DNA of 63,039 nucleotides, the filler included, from Collodictyon triciliatum (Eukaryota): NCBI GenBank assembly GCA_043381765.1. It is 5 parts of 5 records of this genome, joined end to end, with 100 filler letters (N's around TTAATTAATTAA, not from the genome) between each part and the next. Parts side by side here need not be neighbours in the genome. Positions count along the whole stretch, not along the records: positions 7,854 to 35,180 come from JBHJMP010000203.1; positions 35,281 to 43,111 come from JBHJMP010000204.1; 3 more parts are not named here. One strand, 5' to 3'. A model generated the notes under the pieces. The model had not been told where the DNA came from and made no database searches. It worked only from the letters and a program-made list of their open reading frames with translations. The first letter of the stretch is position 1. Each line of letters starts with the position of its first letter. Positions 28,589-40,116 of the stretch are shown here, piece by piece. The translations under genes and the position numbers were made by a program.

Positions 28589-28646
28589 ATCGAGCAACTG
28601 CCTCATTTGAATCGAATAAAGGAAAAGAAATTGAGCAAGTACCTCA
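28589..28646 (+). mobile_element. 24-bp insert of the element terminus with decayed 17-bp TSD
   Basis: atcgagcaactgcctca and attgagcaagtacctca (14/17) flank TTTGAATCGAATAAAGGAAAAGAA (28606-28629). Confidence 0.75.
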
Positions 28647-29001
28647 ATAATATCATATTTGACGTTTGAAAGACCATAACTCTGAAAAAGTCTACTAATA
28701 CTCGTCAGCTTGGTGTCTACAAACTTGGATAGGGATTTTGCGCGTGACAGGATTTAAACACACTTAGCACAGCCGCATTCATTAACACATGCTTGGGTTT
28801 CTTCTGGATGGTTGATCACACATCGATTCAACATCTTACAGAAGAATTATGTTTGGTATCATTTTACCAGTAATCTTACTCTAGTTTATTGGGAATTTTA
28901 TGTTGGGAGGTATTTTATCTAATTATAAACAAGAAAGAAAGACTATTCCATACTGACGTTGTGGTAGCTGTTCTGATGATTGTTGAAAAGTTTACATCAT
29001 G

Positions 29002-30359
29002 TCAGATGGAAAAGGGGGTAGTCGCGGTCAACCGAATTAAACGAGACTGCGGTTTGCGCTCTTTGAAACTGGTCCATTTTTCTTCAAAGAGCTCCAATAA
29101 GAACTCGTAAAGGAGGATATCAAGATGGTTCTGCATTTTGATTTTATCGATTTGCTTTGTGTTCAGTGTTGACAAGACATCCTTGCTGCTTGTGTGATGT
29201 ATTTTTTTGTGATTTGCTTTGATGGCAGATTCACATTCTTCGTCTGAAACACTCATCTCGTCGCACACGAGGATGAGTGATTCTATAAATTTATTTTGAA
29301 GGACGACAAATGCAAAGTCATTTCTTATGGTTTGCTTCACCCTCTCCAGTAAATTATAGTGACCAGTGTCGTAATTTTCGCAAGGGACTGGCCAGCTATC
29401 ATGCATTCTATCTTGTAGACTGAAATCATTCGGAGCAAGTCCGGACAATATAGCAAACTGTAGGTTACAATCATAGCCGCGGTCGATCCAATCACTAAGT
29501 CGAAGGCCATTCAGGTATTTATACTTTTTCTGCTTTCCCCACACAAAATGGGATATATGCCTTTCTATTGGGTCTCGGTAGGTTCCAAAATATGTGTAAA
29601 TACTTTTTGAGAAGAGGTTGCGATGCAGGCCATAAGCAAAGTGACCAAAAATACCATTGTACTTATGTCTGCGGCGAGCGATAATGTAAGGAGTTTGGGC
29701 TCTATATCTTGCGTTGAGAGTGACTAACAAGGTGATTTTCTTGTACTTGCAGACTGACTGAACCGTGAAAATAAATAAATAAATAAATAAATATTTAATT
29801 TTGGTTTTTTTAAATAAAATCATTTTAATTTTTTTTCCTTTATTCGATTCAAAGTGTAGCGAGGTTATGCCAAAATCATTTTAATTTAATAGGGTAAGTG
29901 TAAGTCAAAACTATATCATATTGAATAAAATATCTAATTATCGTTTTCTAGTTGGAATTATCTGTCAATGGTATAGTATATATAAATAAAAATGGCTTTA
30001 AAAGTAATGGTTACCTTGAAAAACTCTCGCACAGATGAACCGGCCGTCTTTGGTACGTGCACAAACAAATACACGTGGTTGGCATTAGATGTATTTAAGT
30101 TTATTCCATGTGTTTGAAGATTTCTAGCACTACATATACCGTCAGGGCAAAGAAGTTGAGAAAGCGCAGTTGCCTTTGCGTGGCTGAGTTCGTCACACAT
30201 AACTCCTTGCTGTCGGGTGACAAAGTTCCCAACCTTTCCAGTGTCCCCCAGTGATGAAACGGTTGCGTTGTGAAGTAAGATTGTGTGCAACAGAGTCACG
30301 GAAAAAAGTGTAGCAACTAAGCACACACCAAACTTGTTGATACTCAATCTTGGCAGCAT
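29002..30359 (-). CDS. Golgi type II membrane carbohydrate sulfotransferase-like, 2 exons
   Basis: N-terminal TM anchor; 5'-PSB FVHVPKTAGSS; GHF; 3'-PB YRDPIERHISHF; N.LD..LY motif. Intron 29758-30014 is GT-AG. Confidence 0.8.
29816..29887 (-). mobile_element. 40-bp A-tailed insert of the Fanzor 3' end with perfect 16-bp TSD, in the sulfotransferase intron
   Basis: aaaatcattttaattt at 29816-29831 and 29872-29887 flanks GGCATAACCTCGCTACACTTTGAATCGAATAAAGG+A5(-), which is 33/35 identical to 17354-17388(-). Confidence 0.9.
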
Positions 30360-31078
30360 CTTTATGAAATGATCCAGCCCAGTCTTTTAGTTACCTTCTT
30401 CCTGGATGGTATTATTATTATTTTATTATTATTTTATTATTGTGTTGTTGCTGGATCTCGCTTGCTTTTCCTCTTATTCTTTCCGTTTTGCTGAATAGTT
30501 CATATTTTAATGTTGGGGATGTAATTACGAGTTTGCACGCGGTGGTTCTGTTTGCTCGGGCGAGGTTGACTTAAAGCCGATCCTCGTAAAACGAGAGTGC
30601 GCATTGTTTGGTCGAGCAAGTGCAAAAGAGAAGAAATGCTCTGTCAAAGATTCTTACCGACGCTGCAATTTCCTGATGAACTCGTCTTCCTTATGTCGAT
30701 GTTTCGGCTCTCTTTTCTATTTTATATTATATCCCAAATATATATATATGTATATGTATGGATTTGATAGCACGAGTAATGACTAGTTTCCCCTGCGATA
30801 TAGAACATTTGTAGATGGGCTGTCGAGGTACATCAGATGTAGTTATTATAGTCTCGATATCAAGTAATTTCCTACATCGCGCGTATGATAGGATGATGCA
30901 ATACGATAGTGGGAGAAGAATGCAATAAAAAAAAGAGAGAGAAAAAGACCTAGCGAAAAATACACAGAGTGAAAAAAAAAGGACTCTTTATTCAAATGTT
31001 CCCATGGATCTTCTTCATCTCTTCAATGGTCTTCAAAGGAGCAAACTCTTGGCTTCGGGTGTCTGGAGTGTCGAGAGA

Positions 31079-31508
31079 CTACCAGTACTCGCGCTTTCTG
31101 CCGTTCATGTTGTCCATGACTTCGCAACCTTTCCTGGAGATTTGGTGGACACCATACTACAAGGGTTTGGGCTTAGTGTTCTGTTCGTTGAAAGAAAGCG
31201 AGAGTCTTCCAAGCAACATGCATATTACATCAACTTTGTAAGGGGAATAATATCCAAAGTATTCATAATGTTGCGAGAGGCTTTCTTCTTCTTTCTCTTT
31301 CCTCTAGAATCCTTTTGTCTTCTAGGGCTACTCGAGACAGTTTTGCCAACATGCCAGAAACATTCCTTCTAAAATGTGCTAGAAAACTCACGGGAATGAT
31401 GACAACAGTGAGAAAGCAGACTGCAACCGAGCGCGGAGTCCACTTGAAGTAGTTGAGGGTGTTCTCACGGTAGTGCGCCCATTTTTCGATCTTAGGATCA
31501 AACTTCAT
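31079..31508 (-). CDS. Mitochondrial complex I subunit NDUFB4 (B15)-like, 2 exons
   Basis: MKFDPKIEKWAHYRENTLNYFKWTPRS plus TM helix fits the DP.I..W...R.....F..TPR pattern; spliced to YGVHQIS...REYW*. Confidence 0.7.
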
Positions 31509-32755
31509 TTTTGGGTTTGGGTCTTGTTCTTTTTGTTTCTAGTGGCGAAGTCAAGACATGGTGAATACATATCTACGTCAATGCGTGTGCGTTTTATTGT
31601 GAAACCACATCGAGCCATATCTTTCATCCTCTTCTAATCTTTCTTTTCTTTTTTGCCCAAAGGACTAAGCTCGGCTTCAGATTCTTTTCTCTGCATTGCT
31701 CATGGTGATTGATCAAAAGAAAACAAAACTGCTTCTGTTATGTCAAATCTGGAATATAATTAATATTGAATTTAGTAAGCTATAATCACGATTATAGAAC
31801 CCTTACTGAAAGAAAACACACACAATATATTACCATGTGGATAATAGAGATTACATCATGGTTTATCTGTGAGATTGATGTGCCCACGCCTTGGTATCGT
31901 GATTTTATCGATTGGGCTCCTTTGGGTCGGTTGTGCAGGTCGCCGCAATATTGCAAAGAAGGCAACATGAGCGTTGCAGAGTCAGAAGAGGACATTATGA
32001 AAAGAAGCAAAAGACTGAGTCCTTTTCATAGTCCTGTATGGAACATCATCAACCTTGCATCGCTTTGTTTGACCTTCGAAGGCAGTTGTCAAAAGCATCG
32101 GTATATGCAAAGCGTGCTTCCTCAACAACTTCACAGCATCGAAGGGCTTCCAGCCAAGCAAGTATTGCGGGAGGCGATGATCACACAGAAGCCACCCAGT
32201 GGCAGAGACGAGTTTGTGATTACATAAAAAATAGAGGAAAACAAAAATCAACACTCTCAAGATACAGCCGATTGGCTCCCGGATTATTAATCTTATTTGT
32301 TTGGTCATTGGACTGGGCAGTGACAGGTCGAGCATTTTGTCGCCATATTTGATCGCACAAACTCGCTACTCAGTTGCTGAAAACCGAAAGCATATCCTTT
32401 TCCTTTACAAACCGCCTCTTATCGATGGTGTGTGGCGCTTGTTCATGTTGTTTTGTCTCATCAGGATCGCGCTTGTTGCGTTCAAGAGACATGTTAATAG
32501 CCAGCGAATATGCTTCTTTTTTTTCTTCTACTTCTTCTATTTCTATTTGGCCAACATGCTGACTAACAATACTTGAGTCTCACTGTCATAAAGAACAAAA
32601 GACAGAGAAATGTATTAAGAAGACCCCGTAGTTTGTTCGGCGCAGAGTCTTCTTTTGTTTGACTTGTCTGCCTTTTTTTTTTGTTTTGTTGTCTTTCACA
32701 CAGTTTTGTCCTCCGGGCAAGTTGAGCCTCACCCAGCTGTTATCCTTTTGTGCGG

Positions 32756-35180
32756 ATGGCAGCACCCAAAGCCGATCCGGTTCAGCGCATTTACTTTGGA
32801 ATTCTTTTCACCCTGGACTTTGTCGTGACTCTATTTATCTATGTGTGTCTCAATACTCTCAGCGATAGTGGGTGGAACGAGTCGTGGACGCAAGAGGTCG
32901 CAGAATACGCGCTTTCACGGTCTTGCTTCGATCTAGCGGTAAGGCTTAGTCTTTACCTTTTTCTCTTTTTCTTTCTCTTTTTCTTTCTCTTTCTCTTTCT
33001 CTTTCTCTTTCTCTTTTTCTTTCTCTTTTTCTTTCTCTTTTTCTTTCTCTTTTTCTTTCTCTTTTTCTTTCTCTTTCTCTTTCTCTTTCTCTTTCTCTTT
33101 CTCTTTCTCTTTCTCTTTCTCTTTCTCTTTCTCTTTCTCTTTCTCTNNNNNNNNNNNNNNNNNNNNNNNNNNNNNNNNNNNNNNNNNNNNNNNNNNNNNN
33201 NNNNNNNNNNNNNNNNNNNNNNNNNNNNNNNNNNNNNNNNNNNNNNTCTTTCTCTTTTTTCTCTTTCTCTTTTTTCTCTTTCTCTTTTTTCTCTTTCTCT
33301 TTTTTCTCTTTCTCTTTTTTCTCTTTCTCTTTTTTCTCTTTCTCTCTTTTCTCTCTTTTCTCTCTTTTCTCTCTTTTCTCTCTTTTCTCTCTTTTCTCTC
33401 TTTTCTCTCTTTTCTCTCTTTTATTCATGTTAAATGTTTCGTAATATCTTTTGCTTATTAAATAGGTATTGTCGATTGTTCGTTCTTTGGTTCTTTTACT
33501 TGCTTACACTCTCCAAGGAATATCCGACACGCTAACAGTCATGGTACTTAATCCTTTTCTTCTTTTTTCTTTTCCTTTCATTCTTTTTTTCCATCACTCT
33601 TTGTAATTATTTTGTATTTCTAAATAAAAAAGTAAAAAAAAAAAGTCATGAAATTAAAAAAGTATATTTTGAAGATGAATGGAAACGCTTCGCTATAAAC
33701 CATTTTATTAGGCTGTTTTTGGATGCAGCGTGATTGGGGCATCTGTTAAAGCAGCCGTATTTGAAGAAATCAACATTTTCCGTGCATTGATGCTCGCTAC
33801 CACGTTTTCCATATCACTAATCGAAGTGATTGTAGTTTTCAAGCGGATCAGAAAACTAAGTGTATGTAACAAATTTTTCTTTTCGATTAAGATAAGGCTG
33901 AATTAGATTAATTTCATCTTGTTGAATTACCCGTCCAATCTAGAAACCTTTGGTCATATTCAACATACGTGAAAATACATTTCTTGCTTTCTATTTTGTT
34001 TCTAACAGTCTAGGTCGGACAATCCTTTCTTTCGGGGCCAGAGCGCTGTCTACATGCCACAAAATATCAAAGACAATCCCTTCAATTCTCTTGATGTATG
34101 TTCGACTGACACACAAAATATGAAGTTCTTAATCCATTATGTTTTCATGTTGGCAAATCTTTTCGATGGGAAAAAACTCTTGGTAGTTTGTATTTATGAT
34201 GTTGTATGTAAACTAGTTTTCGAGAGTTTCGCTTGTTCATCCGAGCCTGCAACGGCATGGAGTCGATTCTCGTTACATACCAACCACCAGTGCAAAGAAA
34301 TCAGAATGGGGACTATCGAACCAGGACCAAATTATTAACGCTATCATTACAGAGAGCCGAGATAATACCAACTGGAAGCTTCTGATAGACAACTCTGTGA
34401 GAATGATTTTCAATCTAGATATCTATATATTTCAAAAAAAAGCAGCGTAATAGTTGAACAATGCGAATGAATTTTTTGTGGTTTACTTAATTCAATTTTC
34501 ATTTCTGAAGGATATTCTAGTCTTCACGAAAGAGAGTGCCAAAAAGTCTGTTTTATGTTTCAAGTCCATTTCAATCATCCCAACTGACTCGCAAGTAATG
34601 TGACGAAAGCGAATTTAACTACACACAAATTAACTAATGAATTCGCAATGAATTACATATCACATATGTGCGAATTTTATTTGAAGCGTGATAAGTAAGG
34701 CGCAAAAAATACATTAAAATGGATAGGTTCTCTTCAATTATCTGGCGCAAGAACCTTACAGAGCGTCATGGAACGTCCTCTTCAACCAAATTACAAAGGT
34801 GGAAGAAATATCCAACGGTATTGATATAGTACATGTAACCATGCCGTCACTTGGGCCTGTTCAAGCTCGTGATTTTTGTTGCGTGAAAGTGAAAAGGTTA
34901 TATACATATTGGGATTCAGTGTCGCTGATTGTATACTTTTCATGGCTTTTTTTCTCTTTCTTAAATAAAAGGAATACTTTCAAATATTGATTGGTCTGTT
35001 TCTTTGATGCATACATTAATACAGAATATGTTGACATTTTATACACTTTAGGCACACAATCGAAGGAGGTGCCATTATAGGGATGAAATCGATATTTCAT
35101 CCCGACAAGCCTGAAGTGCATAACTATACTCGAGGGGAAATGAGCTTACATGGATTCCACGTTCGCCCTCACAAAAAATG
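32756..35180 (+). CDS. STARD3/MLN64-like protein (MENTAL TM region plus START domain), 3' partial
   Basis: RIYFGILFTLDF...SCFDLAVLSIVR resembles MENTAL. START motifs RASWN, LGPVQARDFCCV and HPDKPEVHNYTRGE. Runs into gap. Confidence 0.75.
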
Positions 35181-35224
35181 NNNNNNNNNNNNNNNNNNNN
35201 NNNNNNNNNNNNNNNNNNNNNNNN

Positions 35225-35236
35225 TTAATTAATTAA
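35225..35236. other. Artificial contig linker
   Basis: TTAATTAATTAA within N run. Confidence 0.9.
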
Positions 35237-35437
35237 NNNNNNNNNNNNNNNNNNNNNNNNNNNNNNNNNNNNNNNNNNNNGAGAAGAAAAAAAGAGAAGA
35301 AAAAAAGAGAAGAAAAAAAGAGAAGAAAAAAAGAGAAGAAAAAAAGAGAAGAAAAAAAGAGAAGAAAAAAAGAGAAGAAGAAAATGAACAAAAAGCGCTT
35401 ACCCTGCGCATAGCCTCTCTTTCCTCTCGTGCTGCAG

Positions 35438-37539
35438 AGACCGAGAATGTCAGGGTTGTCTATCGGGCAGACAAAGAACGAGATGAGGCGCTACGGGCCG
35501 TCTGGAGCGCTGATTCAGCGGGTGATCGACATTCTGAAGGACTCGATGATGATCCCTTCTGTCCCGGACGCCTTCGCGTGTCTCAAAATGATTGCACCTC
35601 TTCTCAGCAAGAACGGCCTGAATGAAGAACCGGAGCAACTGAGGCTGCTTGCAGAGGTGTTTTCGGCTGCAGAAGGACGCTCCGACGAGTTCGGCCCTCG
35701 CCAAAAAACGTTTGTGAAAGACTGGGATTCTCAAGCACAGAAGCTCCTTTCAGGCTTTGGTGGAAACAGACGTATGTTTCTCTTTAATTCTTTCCCTTTC
35801 CTTATTTACTCCTTTTTTAAATCATCTTTTGCCATATTATCCTTTTTGTTTTCTTTGTTCTCTTACAATGGGTTGCCTTTGACAGCTTAATATATGTTCG
35901 TTTATTAATTCGTGTGATGGATTCGACTTGATAAATCAGGCATTAATATTCCAAACACACATCACATCACATCACATCACATCACATCACATCACATCAC
36001 ATCACATCACATCACATCACATCACATCACATCACATCACATCACATCACATCACATCACATCACATCACATCAAATTAATACAGCGCAGCTTTCGAAAC
36101 CGTCACCAGCAATACAGACAACTCCTGCAGTCGATGTTCCTGCTGGTGCAGCGAAGCCAGTGAAAAATGCCACTCTTTACAATGCGAGAGAAACACTGAA
36201 AAAGAGAAGCTACCAGAAAACATTTGAAGACTATAATCCCAACCAATATGCGCTAGCTGTCTTTAACTCTGATGAATACAGAGGAAATACATCTGGCGTC
36301 ATCAATAATTCCGTTCAACAAAGCGATGGCGTTCAGCTACACCCTAACCAAACACGCCAAAGCTTAGAGCGATCATCACCAGCCATAGAGTCTGCAATAC
36401 AAGACTCAAATGGACACTCTAATCCCGCCGGGGGCCATCATGATGTAACATCAAATTCTGATGAATATCCGAGCGATGGCTTCTTTGAGCAAGGAATAGC
36501 ACCACATAGACTGCATGCAACTAGAAGCATGGATAGCCCTGCTGCTTCCAGCTACCAAGCCACCTCCAATCAGGATACTACTTCGCCCTCCGTTTTGTCG
36601 CAAAGGTCATATCAAAATTCTGTACATTTTTCGTTGAAAAGCCAGAGACACGATACATCCTCTTCAACAGGTAGATTTTTACTGAACTCAAATTACATTC
36701 TGCCCGATTGTCAGTACTAGTGAATCAACGTTTAGTTGCTGATGAAGCACATGTTTTTCTTCTTTTTTTACACTTTTTTTCTTCATTTTTAATTTCGAAC
36801 GACATCAAGAAATATATCTTTTTTTATATTGTCGTATTATATATGACTTGTAGGGTCCAATGGCTATCCCCCAGTTGCCCGATACGGCTCGACAGAGTCT
36901 GTAAAGGGCAATATTAAGTCACAGATTGTGCGAGATTCACCAAAAAAAGTGAAACAATCTTCGGCGGAGAAAGAAGTGAGTCATTTCAGCACCTATATTA
37001 TGAAAGCCATTCTGTTTTAAAACAAAAAAGAGGAGCAAAAAATCTCGTGAATTGCAGCACTGCGTATCTTTCTCTCTGTCCCGAATTTTCCTTTGTTGAG
37101 TTTACTCCTAGATTTAAATGAAATACGCAACGTATTAAACTCCTGAATTTGTCGATTTCTTGGTTATTTTCGGTCAGGCTTCTCGAAACCCATTCGAAAA
37201 GCTTTTAGGAGCTCCTCTTTTCTCACCATTTGGTATGCGAGCAGATAAACCCAAATCTCAGAGCTTTGATATTATCATACCTCCAGAAATTTTTCGGAAA
37301 TTAGACACTGTTTCTGAGTGGTTTGTTAAATTTCTCAATCATTTTCTCGTAGTCTCTATACTATTTTTTTCTCTATCTATTGATTCTATATGTTATTCAG
37401 TGGGTCGATTTTTCAGAGGGGCTTTATTTATTCAATTGAAATATCGTTGTGAGATTTGATTACATTCTACTCTGCCTAAATGTCCCCCTCCTTTTTTTTT
37501 TTTTTTTTTTAAAAAAAAACAATTTTTTTTTTTTTTTTA

Positions 37540-37574
<35 letters not shown>

Positions 37575-38623
37575 AACGCACTTTTATTTTCGACAAAATT
37601 TTATATATTCTTCAAAGCACCCCGCTTCCTGGAAAATTGCGAATTCACCTACGGTGTTACAAAACTTCACCTGGTCCACTTTTTCATGAATGGCCAAAGA
37701 ATCTTCAAATATCTATTCGTGTGAATGGACAATCGCCGGACAAACTGAACGTAAGAAATTCTGCTTCGTAACAATGTCTGGCCGGGGTTTCTATTTCTTT
37801 TATATTAAATGTTTTGAAACCTTATATTTGTATGTCCCTTATACACACTCGCCCAATATTTTCAATAAACATCAAAACTTCTAAAAATATACTTCCACTG
37901 CAACACTAAACAAAAAAACATAATGACATGCTCTCTACACATCTCACTTGAGGTCTCAAATGCTTGTTTGATTGATAGAAAAGACCAGTGGACATATCAA
38001 AGTTTGTCAAGATAGGAAGTAATAAGTGTGTCATTTCCATCGGGATTTGTCCAGCTGCGGTATACCTCCCGATTGTTACTTATTTCATGATATTTTATAC
38101 CTAATTTCTCGTTGTTATCCCTGAATGGGCGGGCGAATCATTCACCCAGTACCCTATCTTGATGTATATACCTATTTGTTGTCGGTGTTTTAATCCTGCT
38201 TTGCAACTCAGGAATTCTTCATGGGGGCATATTTGGTCCAGGTGATACCAGACGCAGAATTGACAGCAAATATTGGAATGATAGATGTGACAAATTCTAT
38301 GCAACTTGGTATTATATTTTTATTTCTGCCTTTTAATCAATTATATGTTTTATAATTCCTGCTGAAGCACCACAAGATTCAAGTATACGCACAAAACCAA
38401 GTATTGTTTGGCTGAAAGCAATCTCAATCGGATAGTACATAAATTCTTTGTTGGAGACGACGACGACGAGGTAGAGCAGGTCGCCATGAAAGTAACACTG
38501 AAATGTCCGCTTAGCATGTGTCGGATTAGAAAACCTGTTAGAGGGGCATCATGTAAACACATACAGGTGACAGAAAAACCATAAAAAAACCATAAAAAAA
38601 CCATAAAAAAACCATAAAAAAAA

Positions 38624-38702
<79 letters not shown>

Positions 38703-39671
38703 NNNNNNNNNNNNNNNNNNNNNNNNNNNNNNNNNNNNNNNNNNNNNNNNNNNNNNNNNNNNNNNNNNNNNNNNNNNNNNNNNNNNNNNNNNNNNNNNNN
38801 NNAAAAAAACCATAAAAAACCATAAAAAAACCATAAAAAAACCATAAAAAAACCATAAAAAAACCATAAAAAAACCATAAAAAAACCATAAAAAAACCAT
38901 AAAAACGAGCCATCTACATAAAAACTGTAATGTGGCTATTATTCTCCACAGTGCTTCGACCTCGCATCGTATATGATGGTAAACCGCCAAAAAATCTCGT
39001 GGCTGTGCCCGACATGCAACGAGGCGGTCCCGCTCGAATCCCTGTGCTACGACGAGTTTTTCCAGCAGATTCTGGACGGTGTCCCAGCCAGCGTGGACGA
39101 GGTGGAGGTCAACTCGGACGCGACCTTCCAGCCCGTCGCCAAACAGAGGAGCAGCACAGCACGTCAGAGTTCGTCTGCGGCTGTCGAGGACAACGACACC
39201 AGTAATCCACAAACCAGCAATACAGAAGCCATATCACAAACCACACCGATATCATTCATTCAGTCCAGTTTGATTGATTCGCAGTAAAAATTTGTGTGAA
39301 AAAGATAAAAGATAAAAGATGATAAAAAAAAAAAAAAAAGTAATTTGGCAAGTGACCAAAAGCAACACCAACACACACACGCACACCCTCACACACATAC
39401 ACCCATATGAAAACAAGAAACACGGACGGCAGACAAAAAGGAATCCATCGAGCTGACAAGTTCCGACACCGACACCGACTCGGACTCCAACACTGACTCC
39501 GAGCGCGGGGACAACAGGGCAGGCCCAGACAACGCGGCGCACCCGACCTTACCTCACTCCCACAAGACGGCATCCAGAGCCGATGGGAGGCCGCCGGAAG
39601 CGTGCTCTGCGAATCTATCGCTCGGGCCGTCTGCCACAGACGACGTCATCGACATATCGGACAGCGACTAG
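35438..39671 (+). CDS. SIZ/PIAS-type SP-RING (zf-MIZ) SUMO E3 ligase, multi-exon, 5' end uncertain
   Basis: PINIT-like HLRCY...EWP...RVNG and RPVDIS; SP-RING VTLKCPLSMCRIRKPVRGASCKHIQ/CFD...WLCPTC; C-terminal SIM-like DDVIDISDSD*. Confidence 0.82.
35959..36073. repeat. (ATCAC)n intronic microsatellite
   Basis: Perfect pentanucleotide run. Confidence 0.95.
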
Positions 39672-40116
39672 AGGCTTCTCTGCCCTGCGCCTTGGCTTTT
39701 CCCACTCACGAGGGCCTCCTCCGCAAACACAGCGAAAGTGATTCCATTCCGCCTTGCCCTCCCCGCGTTTATTGTGTTGTTTTCCATCTATGCCCTGCAG
39801 CGTAGCGTTGGCCTCCGCCTCCAACCCCTCCTCTCTAGTTTTCACAATTGTGCAATGCCGGCGAGATGCGACGAGTAAATCCATTCTTGCAAACATCCCG
39901 CCACACCTTGAGACAGTTAAGCACAAAGAAATACACACTGGCGAGCGACTGAAGAAAGAAACAGGTGAGCGATATAGTGTAGCGCATTTTTTTTTAATTC
40001 TTTTCTTCGGGACGCAGTGGAAAAAAAAAGAGCGTGTTATCGGGAGGGAGAAAAGGGGGAACGAAAAAAAGAAAAAAAAAGGGGGTGATTCGACGCGATA
40101 TGAGAGAGGGACATGT

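Noticed and set aside
31766-32576. Overlapping ORFs on both strands between the NDUFB4-like and STARD3-like genes
   Set aside because: No consistent exon chain or family motif could be established.
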